DNA from: Octopus sinensis
Lineage: Eukaryota
Assembly: GCF_006345805.1 (NCBI RefSeq)
Contig: NC_043000.1
Span: 115,878,001-115,942,000 of the forward strand
DNA: 64,000 nt
Reading direction: 5' to 3'
Shown: piece after piece, positions 62,648 to 64,000 of the stretch
How the letters are laid out: each line of letters starts with the position of its first letter
How positions within the stretch are numbered: the stretch's first letter is position 1
The notes under the pieces: model-generated
The model's input: only the letters and a program-made list of their open reading frames with translations
Databases searched by the model: none
Told to the model about the DNA's origin: nothing
Program-made: the position numbers and the translations under genes

Positions 62648-62850
62648 GCACACACAGACACAGACACACACCACACGTTTATTTATATATTATACAATAT
62701 ATTTTACGTAAACCCGAAATTTCTACCTTTGAAAACAAGGAGTTACAACATTTTTACCTGTGTGATTTTTGGCTAACCTGGTGACTATTTATATATTTTT
62801 CCGAGTTAATTGTTAACAAAGGAAAAATACACACACGCACACACACACAC
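62392..62850. repeat. Tandem duplication of a ~160-bp unique block bounded by (CA)n
   Basis: 62392-62550 vs 62671-62829 differ at about 3 positions. Confidence 0.92.
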
Positions 62851-63289
62851 ATGTATGTATCATATAGACACGCACATGTTTTCCTTCTTTCTCCCCAAAG
62901 AAGTCACTTAATTCAACCTTAAGCAGGACAGTTTATTAAACAAAGTTCTCTTACATTTATTTGAGTGATTCAATATTTTTGTTTTACATTGTTTATAAGA
63001 CTGTGCTGTATATAAGACTATGTTTGAATTCAAGACTCTTGAGATCTAATTGTCACTTTCAAATTCACTCACTGTCTGATAAATTTCTGTATTTGTAGTT
63101 TATCGAATTAGTCTACACACAACATACACCTATATATATGTGTTTGCGTGTGAGATTTTTAAAATCTTTTCGTCATCTGATTTTATATTTCTCCATCTGT
63201 TTTCTCTCCTGTAGAAGGCTCGAAACTTCAAAGACTCCTTCAGTTTTTTTTCTGAGTGTCAAACTAATACACATTGTTTGTTGTTCCCC

Positions 63290-63480
63290 CACCAGCCTCT
63301 GGAAAGAGTGAGAGAAATTGTGGCGAAAGAGTCAGCAGAAGTTCGCCATTACCTTCTGCTGGAGCCACGTGGAGCTTAGGTGTTTCGCTCATAAACACAC
63401 ACATCACCCGGTCTGAGATTCGAACCCCACGGCCCCTCGACTGCGAGTCCGCTGCTCTAACCACTAGGCCATGTGCCTCC
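63290..63480 (-). mobile_element. Family D SINE (5' part)
   Basis: GGAGGCACATGGCCTAGTGGTTAGAGCAGCGGACTCGCAGTCG on minus. Confidence 0.85.
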
Positions 63481-64000
63481 ACATACTTACCGTAGTACCC
63501 CCCCAAACAAATGAGATAAGTTTAATGTGGAGTTCCTTCTCTTCTCACGAACAAATGCAACTTCAGGGGCTTCAAATGATACTAACTACGAATGGAAACT
63601 GCATTTTCGGTACCGTTTATCGGGAACGCATGTTATATCCTACGGCATATACACACATACACACACACACACACACAGATGCGCACACACGCATACGCTG
63701 TCTCTCTCTTTCTCTCCCTGCTTCTCCTTGCTTCTCTTTCTCTCTCACAATCTCTCTTTTCTCTCTCTCTCACTCCGTAATATACAACAGCGTAACAACA
63801 AATATCTAGGTTAGTTTATTTTAAGGCTCTATGTCTTTTTTCCTAAATACCAACCCGAATATTTCATCAAAATCTTGCATATTTCCTTCTCAAATATGTT
63901 GTTTATAGATTCAACAATTCCGTCTATCTCTCCTAATAATTTCCAGGAATCGCTTCTGCTTATCCCAAACTCCACTAAACCTTTAAACTAACATCTCTTA

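Overview
Eukaryotic, very AT-rich, microsatellite-saturated nuclear DNA. The SINE repertoire and simple-repeat density look like an octopus/coleoid cephalopod; that is pattern recall, not a database result. There is no intact long ORF, and most ORFs in the supplied track are translations of (TA)n, (TATG)n, (CA)n or (TATC)n tracts. The window is mostly decayed mobile DNA: a Helitron helicase fragment with its 3' hairpin-CTAG end, a full-length IR/DR Tc1 (DD34E), a second Tc1 5' half, a fold-back mariner, two Penelope-like elements (RT and/or GIY-YIG), three CR1-group LINE pieces, RTE and R4/Dong-type LINE pieces, at least eight MITE-like inverted-repeat elements, and dozens of copies of about five tRNA-derived SINE families. 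The most notable signal is a set of minimal type-I hammerhead ribozyme motifs in Penelope-type terminal repeats. One has a perfect canonical core (4904-5010) and two swap the 3-8 tertiary pair in a compensatory way (U3-A8 at 14015-14053; G3-C8 at 49919-49969). Also notable: a near-identical forward-inverted-forward triplication (58962-59778), a covarying 3' stem-loop shared by a SINE and a CR1-type LINE, and a phase-compatible chain of small minus-strand exons that may be a host gene spanning about 40 kb (low to moderate confidence). SINE and remnant boundaries are approximate (about 10-20 bp).
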